Shown: piece by piece, positions 43,061-55,400 of the stretch
How the letters are laid out: each line of letters begins with the position of its first letter
How positions within the stretch are numbered: the first letter of the stretch is position 1
DNA from: Cyanobacteriota bacterium
GTDB lineage: Bacteria; Cyanobacteriota; Cyanobacteriia; Cyanobacteriales; Nostocaceae
Length of the DNA: 64,000 nt
Assembly: GCA_046045965.1 (NCBI GenBank)
Contig: JBJOKS010000018.1
Span: 32,001-96,000 of the forward strand
Direction: 5' to 3'
Notes under the pieces: model-generated
Databases searched by the model: none
Told to the model about the DNA's origin: nothing
The model's input: the letters and a program-made list of their open reading frames with translations, nothing else
Program-made: the position numbers and the translations under genes

Positions 43061-43348
43061 GTGCAAACAGTGACTCAGATCCAATTGACTTTAGTGATTA
43101 GTTACCTGCTAATGACTTGCTATTTTTTTACCAATTGGTTAAGATTTTCCTTTCGTCACCCTGCATCTACTCCAGAAGATAAATTTTTAGCTTTGATCAT
43201 GTCTTTAATAACTACTATCTTCTGGCCTCTCATTATTCCTCTATCTTGTTTCAAAATCCTGAAAAATCGCAAGTTAGAATCTAGTACAGTAATTCCTGTG
43301 CTTTTAGCTATATGTGCTGTGAGTATTTCCTACTATTTCAGTTTTTAA
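43061..43348 (+). CDS. Small membrane protein
   Basis: GTG start after AAGGA; hydrophobic, T.FWP motif. Confidence 0.65.
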   Translation: MQTVTQIQLTLVISYLLMTCYFFTNWLRFSFRHPASTPEDKFLALIMSLITTIFWPLIIPLSCFKILKNRKLESSTVIPVLLAICAVSISYYFSF

Positions 43349-43486
43349 TATTTGGCCAAATTTACGACTAAAGGCGGGATCATCCCGCCCCCAATTCTCA
43401 AATATTGCCATGGACAGGGTTGTTAGGACATCAATTGATAATGAAACTCCCACTAAAAAAGGTTTTTACTCCTGACTCCTGTTATA

Positions 43487-44725
43487 TTATTGAACATTAG
43501 TGGGAAAAGTACCAGGTCTGACAGCAATATTGATATTTTGTCCATTACGACGCAAATCTAAACGCAAATTACCGCCAATTTGTGCTTTTTCTACCGCTTT
43601 CTGGACAGCAGCAGCATCTGTAATTGATTCACCATTCAGCTTTTGAATCACATCCCCAGCACGTATTCCCGCTTTGAATGCCGGTGAATCAGGCATCACT
43701 TTAACTATTAATACGCCTTGATTTTCATTCACAGTTAAACCACTGTTGGGATCTGAATTAATACGTTGTCTTAACTCAGGTGTTATACCCACCATCTGAA
43801 TTCCTAAATATGGATGTTGAGCTTTACCTGTGCTGATTAGTTGATTAGAGATCCGTTGTGCTGTGTTGATGGGAATAGAAAATCCTAAGCCCTGCGCTCC
43901 TTGAATTATAGCCGTATTCATGCCAATCACTTCCCCACGAGCATTCAGCAACGGACCGCCAGAGTTACCAGGGTTAATTGCTGCGTCGGTTTGAATAAAT
44001 TCAACTCGCTTATCAGGAACACCAACCTGGTTGCTAGAGCGTCCAGTGGCGCTGATAATGCCTGTAGTGACTGTATTATCTAACCCCAGGGGATTACCAA
44101 TAGCGATCGCCCATTGTCCCGGTTGTAGCTGATCAGAATTACCCAAAGTTACAGTTGGTAAATTATTCGCCTCAATCTTCACCACCGCCACATCAGTTAA
44201 TTCATCTCTCCCTACTACTTTACCTTGAAAGGTACGTCCATCCTTCAGCGTCACAGTCACCTGATCCGCACCTTCTACTACATGAGCATTAGTAAGAATA
44301 CGACCATCACCACTAATGATGAAACCTGAACCAGCACCCCGTTCTACTCGGTTTCTTCCTTGAGTTGGTAATTGTGAGCCAAAAAAGCGGCGGAAAAAGG
44401 GATCATTAAATTCTTCCGGTATCCTGCTTTGAACAGTACGAGAAGAATTAATTCGCACCACCGCAGGTCCCACTTTCTGCACTACTTGAGTCACAAAATT
44501 AGGATCTGTGTTGCCTGGTAATGGCGGCGCTGCGTTTACTCTCCCCACAGCTAGTTTAGATGCACTTTCAGCCATATTCTGTTGGTTATTTGCTAGATAG
44601 CCACCAGCAAAAGTCATTCCTGAACCTAACAACACCAAGGATAAAGAAGCCGCTGCTTTTTTCCAAGGTGCATGATCATGGCTTTTTGCTAACAGATTAT
44701 CTTTGTCTTGTGGTTGGTTTTGCAT
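43487..44725 (-). CDS. HhoA/HhoB/HtrA serine endopeptidase
   Basis: TNAHVV, TDVAV, GNSGGPL, C-terminal PDZ. Confidence 0.95.
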   Translation of the reverse strand: MQNQPQDKDNLLAKSHDHAPWKKAAASLSLVLLGSGMTFAGGYLANNQQNMAESASKLAVGRVNAAPPLPGNTDPNFVTQVVQKVGPAVVRINSSRTVQSRIPEEFNDPFFRRFFGSQLPTQGRNRVERGAGSGFIISGDGRILTNAHVVEGADQVTVTLKDGRTFQGKVVGRDELTDVAVVKIEANNLPTVTLGNSDQLQPGQWAIAIGNPLGLDNTVTTGIISATGRSSNQVGVPDKRVEFIQTDAAINPGNSGGPLLNARGEVIGMNTAIIQGAQGLGFSIPINTAQRISNQLISTGKAQHPYLGIQMVGITPELRQRINSDPNSGLTVNENQGVLIVKVMPDSPAFKAGIRAGDVIQKLNGESITDAAAVQKAVEKAQIGGNLRLDLRRNGQNINIAVRPGTFPTNVQ

Positions 44726-44997
44726 TTTTTGTCTAGAAGGATATTAAGGATATTTAGAGCTATTACTAATGTAGATATTTTTTTGGCTGATTTTGTTGCC
44801 CAATTCTAGCATTATCAGCTTTTTGGCCGCTCTCGATCAGCATCAGTCTTTAGATAGATACACCGACAAATGTAAATTTTTCCAAAAAATTAATAAAATC
44901 TGTTAAGATTATAACAACTTTACCAATTTCACTATACAAGACCTACCCAGATTGAGAATTCGGGAAACCGGATAGAAGTTTGTTAAAAATTCACACC

Positions 44998-45048
44998 TTG
45001 ACAAACTCATATCTCTGTATTTAACATAAAATAACGACCGTTCGATAT
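44998..45048 (+). promoter_or_regulatory. Putative tetR-devBCA promoter and operator
   Basis: TTGACA-18nt-TAACAT then imperfect palindrome ATAACGACCGTTCGATAT. Confidence 0.5.
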
Positions 45049-45061
45049 AAAAACTGAACCT

Positions 45062-45637
45062 ATGCCGAAAATTGTGGATCATGAACAGTACCGCAAAGAA
45101 TTACTCGGCAAGTGTTTTGACTTATTTGCCGAAAAAGGTTATGGCGCTATTACCATGCGGCAAATTGCTCAAGGTTTAGGGGTTTCCACGGGTACGCTAT
45201 ATCATTACTTCCCCAGTAAACAAGCTTTATTTGAGCAACTGGTAGAAGAAATTAGTCAGCAAGATGTGATTACAGCTTTAGCGGAGTTAGGAGGAAAAAA
45301 CAACTTATCAGAAATGATGACTGCTTTGGGCAATTATCTCGTCAAAAATGAAGATTACTTAATTAAATGGACCTATGTCTGGGTTAATTTCTGCCAACAT
45401 CAAGACTCCAAAACTATGCTGACTAACAGTACAGTTTTTAAACACGCTAATCAACGTTGTCAACAAGTAGCCTGTGATTTATTAGGTATTCAAGATGTGG
45501 TGTTAGCATCCTTTGTTTTGAGTTTTGTTAATGGTGTAATTCTCGAAAAATTATGGGGTAATGAAAACATTAATTTCCATGAACAATGCGAAATTTTGGG
45601 AAAAATGTTAACCGCATATTTTCAACAACAAAAATGA
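45062..45637 (+). CDS. TetR/AcrR family regulator
   Basis: LFAEKGY..TMRQIA..GVSTGTLYHYFPSK. Confidence 0.95.
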   Translation: MPKIVDHEQYRKELLGKCFDLFAEKGYGAITMRQIAQGLGVSTGTLYHYFPSKQALFEQLVEEISQQDVITALAELGGKNNLSEMMTALGNYLVKNEDYLIKWTYVWVNFCQHQDSKTMLTNSTVFKHANQRCQQVACDLLGIQDVVLASFVLSFVNGVILEKLWGNENINFHEQCEILGKMLTAYFQQQK

Positions 45638-45666
45638 TATCTGATTGGGGAGTTTATAGGTAAAAA

Positions 45667-46956
45667 ATGAGTTTTAAAATGTTATTTAAACCTGCTAATC
45701 AAGGGGTAATTGCCTTAGTTTTTGCTGCTACTGCTATTACTGGTGGAATTACCATTTATGGAGTTTCTAATTTTGGAACAATTGGGAAAACAACCGCTTC
45801 CGAATTATCAGAAACATTACCAATTCCTAGTAAGGTAACAGCTTTAGGCAGACTAGAACCAGAAACCCAAGTAATTAAGCTATCTGCACCCTTAGCATTA
45901 GATGGAGATAGGGTGACAAAAATCCTCTTTCAAGAAGGTGATACTGTGAAATCAGGACAAGTAATAGCAATTTTAGATTCACGGGATAAATTGCAAAATG
46001 CAGTCCAACAAGCCGAGAAAGATGTGAGAGTTTCTCAAGCCAAACTTGAGCAAATTAAAGCCGGAGCTAAATTAGGAGAAATTCAGGCACAAAAAGCCAG
46101 CGTAGACAGAATAAAAGCACAATATGAAGGAGATAAAAACGCCCAACAAGAAAATATTGCCAGGATAGAAGCACAATGGCAAGGTGATAGAATTGCCCAA
46201 CAAGCAACCATTAATAAATTAACGGCAGAATTAAATAATGCAGAATCAGAATATCAACGTTATCAACAGTTATATTCAGAAGGAGCAATTTCTAATTCTG
46301 TAATTGATAGTAAACGTTTAAATGTAGAAACTGCCAAACAACAATTAAGTGAAGCTCAAGCAATTCTTAACCGCATCAATACTACTGCAACTAAACAATT
46401 AGCAGAAGCGAAAGTAGCATTAAATAGAATTAACACTACTAGCAATAAACAAATTAGTGAAGCCAAAGCTACACTTAACAGTATTGCCGAAGTTCGTCCT
46501 GTAGATGTGAACTTAGCACAAACAGAAGTAGAAAGTGCGATCGCTACCCTCAAACGCGCCCAAACTGACCTAGAAGCGGCTTTTATTCGCGCTCCCATGA
46601 GGGGACAAATTCTCAAAATTCATACCCGTGTCGGCGAAAAAATTAATGATTCTGGTATTGCAGACTTCGCACAAACAGAACAAATGTTAGCCGTAGCAGA
46701 AGTTTATCAAACTGATATTAGCAAAGTCAAAATAGGACAAAAAGCCGTAATTACCAGTCCTGCATTTACAGGTGAACTGCGGGGAAAAGTTGCCCAAATT
46801 GGCTTACAAGTCAATCGTCAAAATGTGTTTAGTAACCAACCAGGAGAAAATTTAGATAGTCGAGTCGTTGAAGTTAAAATTCGTCTCACTCCTGAAGACA
46901 GTAAAAAAGTTGTCGGTTTAACTAACTTGCAAGTACAAACAGCAATTGAATTGTAA
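45667..46956 (+). CDS. DevB-family membrane fusion protein
   Basis: TALGRLEP, coiled coil, AEVYQTDI, RVVEVKI, TNLQV. Confidence 0.9.
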   Translation: MSFKMLFKPANQGVIALVFAATAITGGITIYGVSNFGTIGKTTASELSETLPIPSKVTALGRLEPETQVIKLSAPLALDGDRVTKILFQEGDTVKSGQVIAILDSRDKLQNAVQQAEKDVRVSQAKLEQIKAGAKLGEIQAQKASVDRIKAQYEGDKNAQQENIARIEAQWQGDRIAQQATINKLTAELNNAESEYQRYQQLYSEGAISNSVIDSKRLNVETAKQQLSEAQAILNRINTTATKQLAEAKVALNRINTTSNKQISEAKATLNSIAEVRPVDVNLAQTEVESAIATLKRAQTDLEAAFIRAPMRGQILKIHTRVGEKINDSGIADFAQTEQMLAVAEVYQTDISKVKIGQKAVITSPAFTGELRGKVAQIGLQVNRQNVFSNQPGENLDSRVVEVKIRLTPEDSKKVVGLTNLQVQTAIEL

Positions 46957-47065
46957 TTGGTAATTGGTAATTGGTAATTGGTAATTGGTAATTGGTAATT
47001 GGGGAAAAGACAATATTTATTCTGACTCCTGACTCCTGAATTCTGACAATAAAATCTTTTCAATC

Positions 47066-48244
47066 ATGAATAAATTATTTCTGAAAACGCCTTTAGCCTT
47101 GCGACAGTTAATGAAAGAAAAAACGCGGTTAGCTGTTGCAGTTGCGGGGATTACTTTTGCGGATATGTTGATATTTATTCAGATGGGTTTTGAAAGTGCA
47201 TTATTTGATGCTGCTACTCAACCTCATCGGAATTTATCAGCCGATTTAGTATTAATTAATCCTCAATTTCAAACTTTATTTTCAGTCAAAAGCTTTTCTA
47301 GAGAAAGACTGTATCAAGCATTAAGTTATAACGGTGTAAAATCCGTTAATTCTGTTTATATTGGTACAGGACAATGGCGAAATCCTGAAACGCGAGTTGA
47401 TCGAGCTATTTTAGTTTGGGGTGTAGATCCAAATAAACCAGGATTGAAATTTCCCGAAGTGCAAAAAAATAAAGATCATCTTAAACTACTAAATCAAGTG
47501 ATGTTTGATCAAGCTAGTCGTCCTGAATATGGTGCTGTAGGTAATATATTCAAAAAAACAGGCAATTTTTCCACAGAACTGAATAGCACATCTGTTAACG
47601 TCAAAGGAGTATTTAGTAATGGTGCTTCCTTTGCAGCTGATGGTAATGTTATTGCTAGTGATTCCACATTTCTGCAATTATTTCCTGAACGTAAAGCAGA
47701 TCAAATTGAAGTTGGGTTAATTAATCTTCAACCTGATGCAGATATTGAAAAGGTAAAAGCACAACTGAGAAAAGGATTAAATTCAGATCCTAAAAATCCT
47801 TTTGTGGAAGTAGGAATACCCGAAGACTTTGCTCAAAAAGAAAAGAATTATTGGGCTAATAGTACAGGAATTGGTTTTATTTTTGGTTTGGGTGTAGGAG
47901 TGGGTTTTATTGTTGGTATCGTTATTGTTTACCAAATTCTTTATGCTGACGTTTCCGATCACCTCCCGGAATACGCTACTCTCAAAGCAATGGGTTATAC
48001 AGACACTTATCTTTTAGGAGTATTAGTACAAGAGGCTTTAATCTTAGCTATTTTAGGTTATTTACCTGCATTTTTTCTGTCTTTTGGACTATATAAACTA
48101 ACTTTTGCAGCTACTTTGTTACCCATTTACATGAAAGTAGATCGAGCAATTACCGTGTTTATTATGACCGTAATTATGTGTAGTGTTTCTGGGGCGATCG
48201 CTCTGAGAAAATTGCGTTCTGCTGACCCAGCAGACATTTTTTAA
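47066..48244 (+). CDS. DevC-family ABC permease
   Basis: AGITFAD.L, VYQILY.DVSDHLPEYATLKAMGY, ADPADIF. Confidence 0.92.
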   Translation: MNKLFLKTPLALRQLMKEKTRLAVAVAGITFADMLIFIQMGFESALFDAATQPHRNLSADLVLINPQFQTLFSVKSFSRERLYQALSYNGVKSVNSVYIGTGQWRNPETRVDRAILVWGVDPNKPGLKFPEVQKNKDHLKLLNQVMFDQASRPEYGAVGNIFKKTGNFSTELNSTSVNVKGVFSNGASFAADGNVIASDSTFLQLFPERKADQIEVGLINLQPDADIEKVKAQLRKGLNSDPKNPFVEVGIPEDFAQKEKNYWANSTGIGFIFGLGVGVGFIVGIVIVYQILYADVSDHLPEYATLKAMGYTDTYLLGVLVQEALILAILGYLPAFFLSFGLYKLTFAATLLPIYMKVDRAITVFIMTVIMCSVSGAIALRKLRSADPADIF

Positions 48245-48346
48245 GGAGTCAGGAGTCAGGAGTCAGAATATCTGAGCAATTAACAGAGTTGAGAATAACG
48301 AAATTATACATTTCAGGAAAGTTACAATTACCCTCACAAAAAAACC

Positions 48347-49051
48347 ATGTTAGAAATTCATTCTCAATCAAATATTGCTTCAGATACCGTAATTAATGTT
48401 TCTCAACTTAATCATTACTTTGGTGAAGGGACATTGAAAAAACAAGTATTATTTGATATTAATTTAGAGATTAAAGCCGGAGAAATTGTGATCATGACAG
48501 GCCCATCTGGTTCAGGTAAAACCACCCTGTTATCATTAATGGGAGGTTTGCGTTCTGCTCAAACAGGAAGTTTACAAATATTAGATCAAGAAATGCGTGG
48601 AGCGAGTAAAGGAAAATTAACTAAATTGCGTCGTCAGATAGGTTATATTTTCCAAGCACATAACTTGATGACCTTTTTAACAGCCAAAGAAAATGTGAGA
48701 ATGTCTTTAGAGTTGCATGAAGAATATTTAAATCAAGATATCAACACCAAAGCTATAGCAATGTTAGCAGAAGTTGGTTTAGGAGATCGTGTTGATTATT
48801 ATCCAGAGAATTTATCAGGAGGACAAAAACAACGGGTAGCGATCGCCCGCGCTTTAGTTAGTCATCCCAAAATAGTATTAGCAGACGAACCCACCGCTTC
48901 ATTAGATAAACAATCAGGGCGTGATGTGGTAGAATTAATGCAAAAATTAGCCAAAGAACAAGGTTGTACAATTTTGCTCGTCACCCACGATAACCGCATT
49001 TTAGATATAGCTGATCGCATCATTTATATGGAAGATGGACAGCTAAAATAA
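48347..49051 (+). CDS. DevA-family ABC ATPase
   Basis: GPSGSGKT, LSGGQKQR, LADEPT. Confidence 0.93.
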   Translation: MLEIHSQSNIASDTVINVSQLNHYFGEGTLKKQVLFDINLEIKAGEIVIMTGPSGSGKTTLLSLMGGLRSAQTGSLQILDQEMRGASKGKLTKLRRQIGYIFQAHNLMTFLTAKENVRMSLELHEEYLNQDINTKAIAMLAEVGLGDRVDYYPENLSGGQKQRVAIARALVSHPKIVLADEPTASLDKQSGRDVVELMQKLAKEQGCTILLVTHDNRILDIADRIIYMEDGQLK

Positions 49052-49280
49052 AAGTTATAGTGTAAACAAATTAGATATCCGAATTTTTTTATCTTGTAAA
49101 TAAATTATGAATTGATCTCACTCGATTTTAGATTTTAGATTTTGGATTTTAGATTTACCCCACAGAAGTTTGAAGGGCTTTTTTGTACTTGCTTCGGTTT
49201 TGTCGAACCGACTTACTTCATTTATTTTCTGGAGTTCCTTTCAGGAAGGATCGGTCAAAGTACATTAACATTTATTAAAA

Positions 49281-49346
49281 TAAAGAAAAATTAAAGAAAA
49301 ATTAAAGAAAAATTAAAGAAAAATTAAAGAAAAATTAAAGAAAAAT
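49281..49346 (+). repeat. 11-bp tandem repeat (TAAAGAAAAAT)x6
   Basis: Six perfect copies upstream of the large kinase. Confidence 0.95.
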
Positions 49347-49448
49347 TCATCCTCCTATATCCTACAACCCCTCCCATTATTTGTGATAGATTAGAAAGAT
49401 CATCTGCTAAATATATACTTGACTACGTACAATTACTGACGAGGTTCT

Positions 49449-52400
49449 ATGGCAATCTCCCATTACTCAATTATGATTCTGGAAGATTCGCCAGAAGACA
49501 GGGTGCTGTATTCCCGTTATTTAAGTCAGGATAAGATTGCCAGCTATGATTTGATTGAAGTGGAGACAGGATTAGAAGCATTGACAAAACTGGCTGAAAG
49601 CAAGCCAGATTTAATACTTTTAGGCTATCAACTGCCAGATATGGATGGATTGGAATTTCTGAACAAGTTGCAGCTACAATTTGGCAGCCTGGAAATTCCA
49701 GTAATTATGTTATCAGGGCAGGGGAATGAAAGCATAGCTGTTCAAGCCATGAAAAATGGTTGCCAGGACTATATAGTCAAAAGCAAAATTACCCGTACTG
49801 GAATCTGCCGCGCTGTTCATACCGTACTAGATAAAACCCATCTGATGCAGAAAATACGATTGCAGGAGCAACAACAACAGTTGCTGGCCAGTATATCACT
49901 GCGAATTCGTCAGTTTTTGCGTTTAGAGGAAATTCTGCAAACAGCCGTGGAAGAGGTACAGGAATTTCTGAAAACTGATCGGGTAGTAGTATACCAGTTT
50001 GACCCTGATATGAATGGTAAAATTGTTGCTGAATCAGTAGTTTCACCCTGGAAAACTTTGATCAAAACTCCTATTACAGATAATTGCTTTCAGGACAATC
50101 AAAAAATAGCCTATCGTGATGGCAAAATCCTCGCAATTTCTGACATCGATCATGCTGGACTAACAACCTGCTATATCGACTTTCTGGAGAAATTTCAGGT
50201 TAAAGCTAGTCTTATTGTCCCAATTTTGCTCAACGCACAAGCAACAGAGCCAGAATTCAATACCCATCAACTTTGGGGCTTACTTATTGCTCACCAGTGC
50301 AGCAGAACTCGTCACTGGGAGACAAATGAACTGGATCTACTCCAGCAACTTTCTGTGCAGATAGCTGTTGCTATCCAACAGGCAAAAATTTATGAAAATA
50401 TGCAAAATCTCAACGCCATTTTAGAGCAGAAAGTAGAAGAAAGAACACAAGAACTGCAAGCGAGTGAGCGCAGATTTCGGGCTATTTTCGATCAGACCTT
50501 TCAATTTACGGGACTGCTGACAACCGCAGGAATTTTACTGGAAGCCAACCAAACAGCTTTAAACTTTGGTGGAGTACAATTAGAAAATGTGATCAATCGA
50601 CCTTTCTGGGAAACTTATTGGTGGACAATTTCCCCAGAAACTCAGGACAAATTAAGACAAGCGATCGCCATTGCAGCCCAAGGTGAGTTTATTCGCTACG
50701 AAGTAGATGTATTGGGTGCTGGAGGTGAAATAGCCACCATCGACTTTTCTCTTTGTCCCCTCAAAGATGAATCAGGACAAGTAGTAATGCTGATTACAGA
50801 GGGGCGAAATATTACTGAGCAAAAGTGCCTTGAACGTGAACGCCAAGAGGCGCTAAAAGCCCTACAAGCCTCAGAGGCTGAATTGCGGGGGTTGTTTAAT
50901 GCCATGAGCGATGTCATTCTCGTGGCAGATAGAGAAGGACGTTATCTGAAAATTGCTCCCACCGGTGCAGATAAACTTTACCGACCTGCGGAAGAATTGC
51001 TCGGTAAAACAGCCCATGAAGTTTTACCCAGTCATCTAGCAGACCAATTTGTAAGCGTGATTGAGCAAACTCTAGCTACACAACAACCCTCAGAATGCGA
51101 GTATAGCTTCCAGATCGGGAAAAAAGAAATTTGGTTTAATGCCAAAGTTTCACCAATTTCACCAGAAACGGTCATTTGGGCAGCACGAGACATCACGGCA
51201 GCCAAACGCAACGAAATCATCCAGCGAAATGCAGAAAAAGCATTACAAGAAAACCAAATTCTCTTGCAGCTGATCATGGATAGTCTACCTATGGCCATCT
51301 TTTGGAAAGATAGAAACAGCCGATTTTTGGGCTGCAACCGTCAACTAGTTTTAGATGCAGGACTATCATCTGCCGCAGAAATTATTGGCAAAACAGACTT
51401 TGATATGGTCTGGCGAAAACAAGCACCAATTTATCAACAAGGCGATCGCATCGTCATCGAGTCTGGTGAGGCTAAGTTTAATATCGAAGAACCATTTACA
51501 AGAAGTGGCAACATTCACAGGTGGTTACGCACTAACAAAATACCACTGCATAACCCTGAAGGTGAGATTTTTGGCGTTTTGGTCTGCTATGAAGATATTA
51601 CAGAACGCAAAGAGATTGAACAGGCATTACAGGCAAGTGAACAACGCTATGCAACTTTAGTAACATCAGCCCCTGTTGGTATTTATCGCGCCGATGCGGT
51701 AGGAAATTATTTGTATGTTAACCATCATTGGTGTGAGAAAACTGGCTTGACTCCTGAAGCAGCGGCCGGGTGCGGATGGAAACAAGCTTTGCACCCAGAA
51801 GACCGAGATATAGTTGCCTACGAATGGGATCGCCTTGTGCAAACAGGTGAAACCCTTAGTTTAGAATATCGGTTTGTGCGACCAGATGGCGTGGCCACCT
51901 GGGTATTTGGACAAGCCGTTCCTGAAAAAGACCCAGAAGGAACCGTGACAGGTTATGTAGGAACAATTACAGATATTAGTCGTAGGAAAAAAGCAGAAGA
52001 AGCCTTGTGTCGCAGTCAACAGCTTTATAGCACCCTGGTAGAAAACTTTCCTAATGGTGTGGTTGTACTGTTTGACCATGACCTGCGATACCTGCTGGTA
52101 GGAGGCTTAGAACTCTCTCGTGCAGGTTTGAATAAAGCAGAGATGGAAGGTAAAACGATTTGGGAAATCTTTTCCCCAGAAGTATGTCAGATCATTGCCC
52201 CTCTGTTTAGGCAAGCATTAGCTGGAGAAACTGTAATTTCTGAGGTTCCTTATGAAGATTTTATCTACCTTTGTCATCATATTCCTGTGCGAGATGAGCA
52301 AGGTCATGTGATTGCAGGTATTCTCATGACCCAAAATATTACCGAAGACAAAAAAATAGAGAATGCACTAAGAGATAGTGAAGAGAAATTTCGACAGTTT

Positions 52401-55400
52401 GCAGAAAACAGTCGGCAAGTCATGTTAATTCGTCAGATTGACTCTGGAGAATTACTTTATATCAATCCTGTCTATGAGGAAATCTGGGGACAAACCAGAG
52501 AAAGCTTGTATGAAAATCCTAACTCCTGGATGAATTTTCTGCACCCTGATGATCGTCAGAGTATTAATGTTAGCTATCAAGCCGCTGATGGCAAGGGATT
52601 ATTTAGTGAAGAGTACCGCATTGTTCGATCTGATGGAACGATGCGGTGGATATGGGGAAGATGTTTCCCCATCATCAATGCTGCTGGGGAAATTTATCGT
52701 ATTGGTGCTATAGCCGAAGATATTACAGAACGCAAACAAACAGAACAGGAGCGCGATCGCTTACTGCAAATTTTAGAGACACAAAATCAGACTTTAGAAG
52801 CACAAGTTGAGCAAAGAACAGCAGAACTACAACAAAGCAAAGAACGCTTCCGTAATCTTGTAGAAACATCCAGTGATTGGGTGTGGGAAGTTAATGAATT
52901 GGGGATTTACACCTATAGCAGTCCGCAAATCATCAATGTTTTGGGATATTCCCCAGCGGAAATTTTAGGTAAAACTCCCTTTGATTTAATGCCACCAGCA
53001 GAAGCGGAACGAGTATTGAAAGAGTTTATGAAATTCATTTCTATTCAAGCACCCTTTCAATGCTTAGAAAATACAAACTGCCATAAAGATGGACAACTGA
53101 TTATTTTAGAAACCAGCGCAGTTCCCATTTTTGATGAGAATAAACAATTTCGTGGCTATCGTGGCATGGATCGGGATATCACTTTACGTAAACTCTCAGA
53201 AGCCACGTTACAGCAAAATCAATCCCGGTTTCAGAGAATAGCAGCCAATGTTCCCGGTGTCATGTATCAATATGTTCTCCATCCTGATGGATCTCATGAA
53301 TTTATATATATTAGCGATCGCTGTCTAGAACTGTATGAACTAGAAGCAGCCACCATTTTAGAAAATGCCGAGAATGTATTTAAGTTAACACATCCAGAAG
53401 ATTTCCCCTCTTTACAGGAATCTATCATCCTGTCAGCCTCATCCTTACAACAATGGTCATGGGAAGGCCGAGTCATTACCCCATCAGGTCAGATGAAATG
53501 GATACAGGCTATTTCTCAACCACAACAGCAAGCCAACGGTGATATTTTATGGGAGGGATTAATTCTCGATATCAGCCAACGTAAACAGATTGAAATTACA
53601 CTCCATAACCTATCAGACCGATTGGATCTAGCGATCAAATCTGCTCAAATTGGTATTTGGGACTGGGATATCATCAACGATCATCTTGTCTGGGATGACC
53701 GCATGTATGCACTCTATGGAGTCAAAGCCTCAGACTTTCCAGGTGCTTACCAAGCATGGGAAGCAGGTTTACATCCCGACGATCTTCTATCTGGCCGCAC
53801 CGCTATCCAGCAAACACTAGCCGGAGAAAAAGATTTTGAGCTAGAGTTTAGAGTTGTCTGGCCTGATGGCACAATCAAATATATCAAAGCCTACGCACTC
53901 GTACAGCGTGACGACCAGGGAAAAGCGCAACGGATGATCGGCATTAACTTTGATATTAGCGAAAGGGCGCGACTAGAAGCCGAACGCCAACAATCAAAAG
54001 CCAAGTTAGAAGCAGCAGAAGTACAACTCCGCAACCTCTCAGATCGCCTGAAATTAGCAGTAACATCGGCAAAAATAGGGATTTGGGATTTAGATTTAGT
54101 CAACGACTCCCTGCTTTGGGATGAACGGATGTATCAACTCTTTGGTGTCTCTCCTGTGAGTTTTGACCCCAGTCAGGGAGCTTGGGAAAAATTTGAACAG
54201 CTGCTCCATCCCGATGATAGAGTTACTGTCCGCCAGACAGTCCAACAAGTCATTGCTGAAGATCAAGAACTAGATACCGAATTCAGAATTATCTTGCCTA
54301 ATGGCACAATTCGCATCCTCAAAGCCTATGGACTCGTTCAGCGTAATTACCAAGGGAAACCCCAACGGATGATCGGCATAAACTACGATATCAGCGATCG
54401 CAAACTAGCAGAAGCTGAGATTATCCGTAGTCGGGATTTGCGAGAAGCAATATTTAATGAATCAGCTGATGCCCTATTCTTAGTTGATAGAGAAACCGTC
54501 AGAACTATAGACTGTAACCAACGGGCAGTGCAGATGTTTGCAGCTACCAAAAAAACTGACCTGATTGGAATTGAAGGACATGATTTACAAAAAGAGCAAT
54601 TCACCCCCGCAGAAATGCAAGCCATTATGGATGAAATGAGTATCCAAGGCTTTTGGAGTCGGGAAATTGAATACAAAACCTTTACAGGTAAATCATTTTG
54701 GGGAAACCTAGCCGCCAAGCAAATTACCGTAGCCGATCAGAAAATGAATCTGGTGCGGGTGACAGATATTAGTAAACGTAAATTAGCAGAAACCGAACTG
54801 CAAGAAACAAATAAAAAACTTGCTGCTTCCAATGAAGAACTCGCCCGCGCTACCCGTCTTAAAGATGAGTTTCTAGCTAACATGAGTCATGAACTACGCA
54901 CCCCCCTCAATGCTATTCTCGGTTTATCAGAAGGCTTACAAGACGAGGTATTTGGGTTAATCAATGACAAACAAAGACAGGGTTTGCAAACCATCGAGCG
55001 CAGCGGCAAGCATCTATTAGAATTAATTAACGACATCCTGGATGTATCAAAAATTGAAGCTGGGCAGATGGAATTACACTATACTCCCACAGCTATCAGT
55101 CCGCTTTGTCAATCTAGTTTGGCATTTATCAAACAGCAAGCATTACAAAAACGTATCCAGCTGCAAGTAAAAATTCAGCCCAATCTGCCAGAATTGTTAC
55201 TGGATGAAAGACGCATCCGTCAGGTTTTGATTAACTTGCTGAATAATGCTGTAAAATTCACACCAGAAGGCGGGCGGATCACCTTAGAAGTTAGCCGCCA
55301 ACGAACGTCCCCAAATGCAGAGATCACATCCTGGCAAGATTTTATTCGTATTGCAGTGATGGATACAGGTATCGGTATCGCTCCTGAAAATCTCAACAAA

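Noticed and set aside
46818..47063. 81-aa ORF and other short antisense ORFs inside long genes
   Set aside because: Repeat-derived (NYQLPIT) or shadow ORFs of well-supported CDSs
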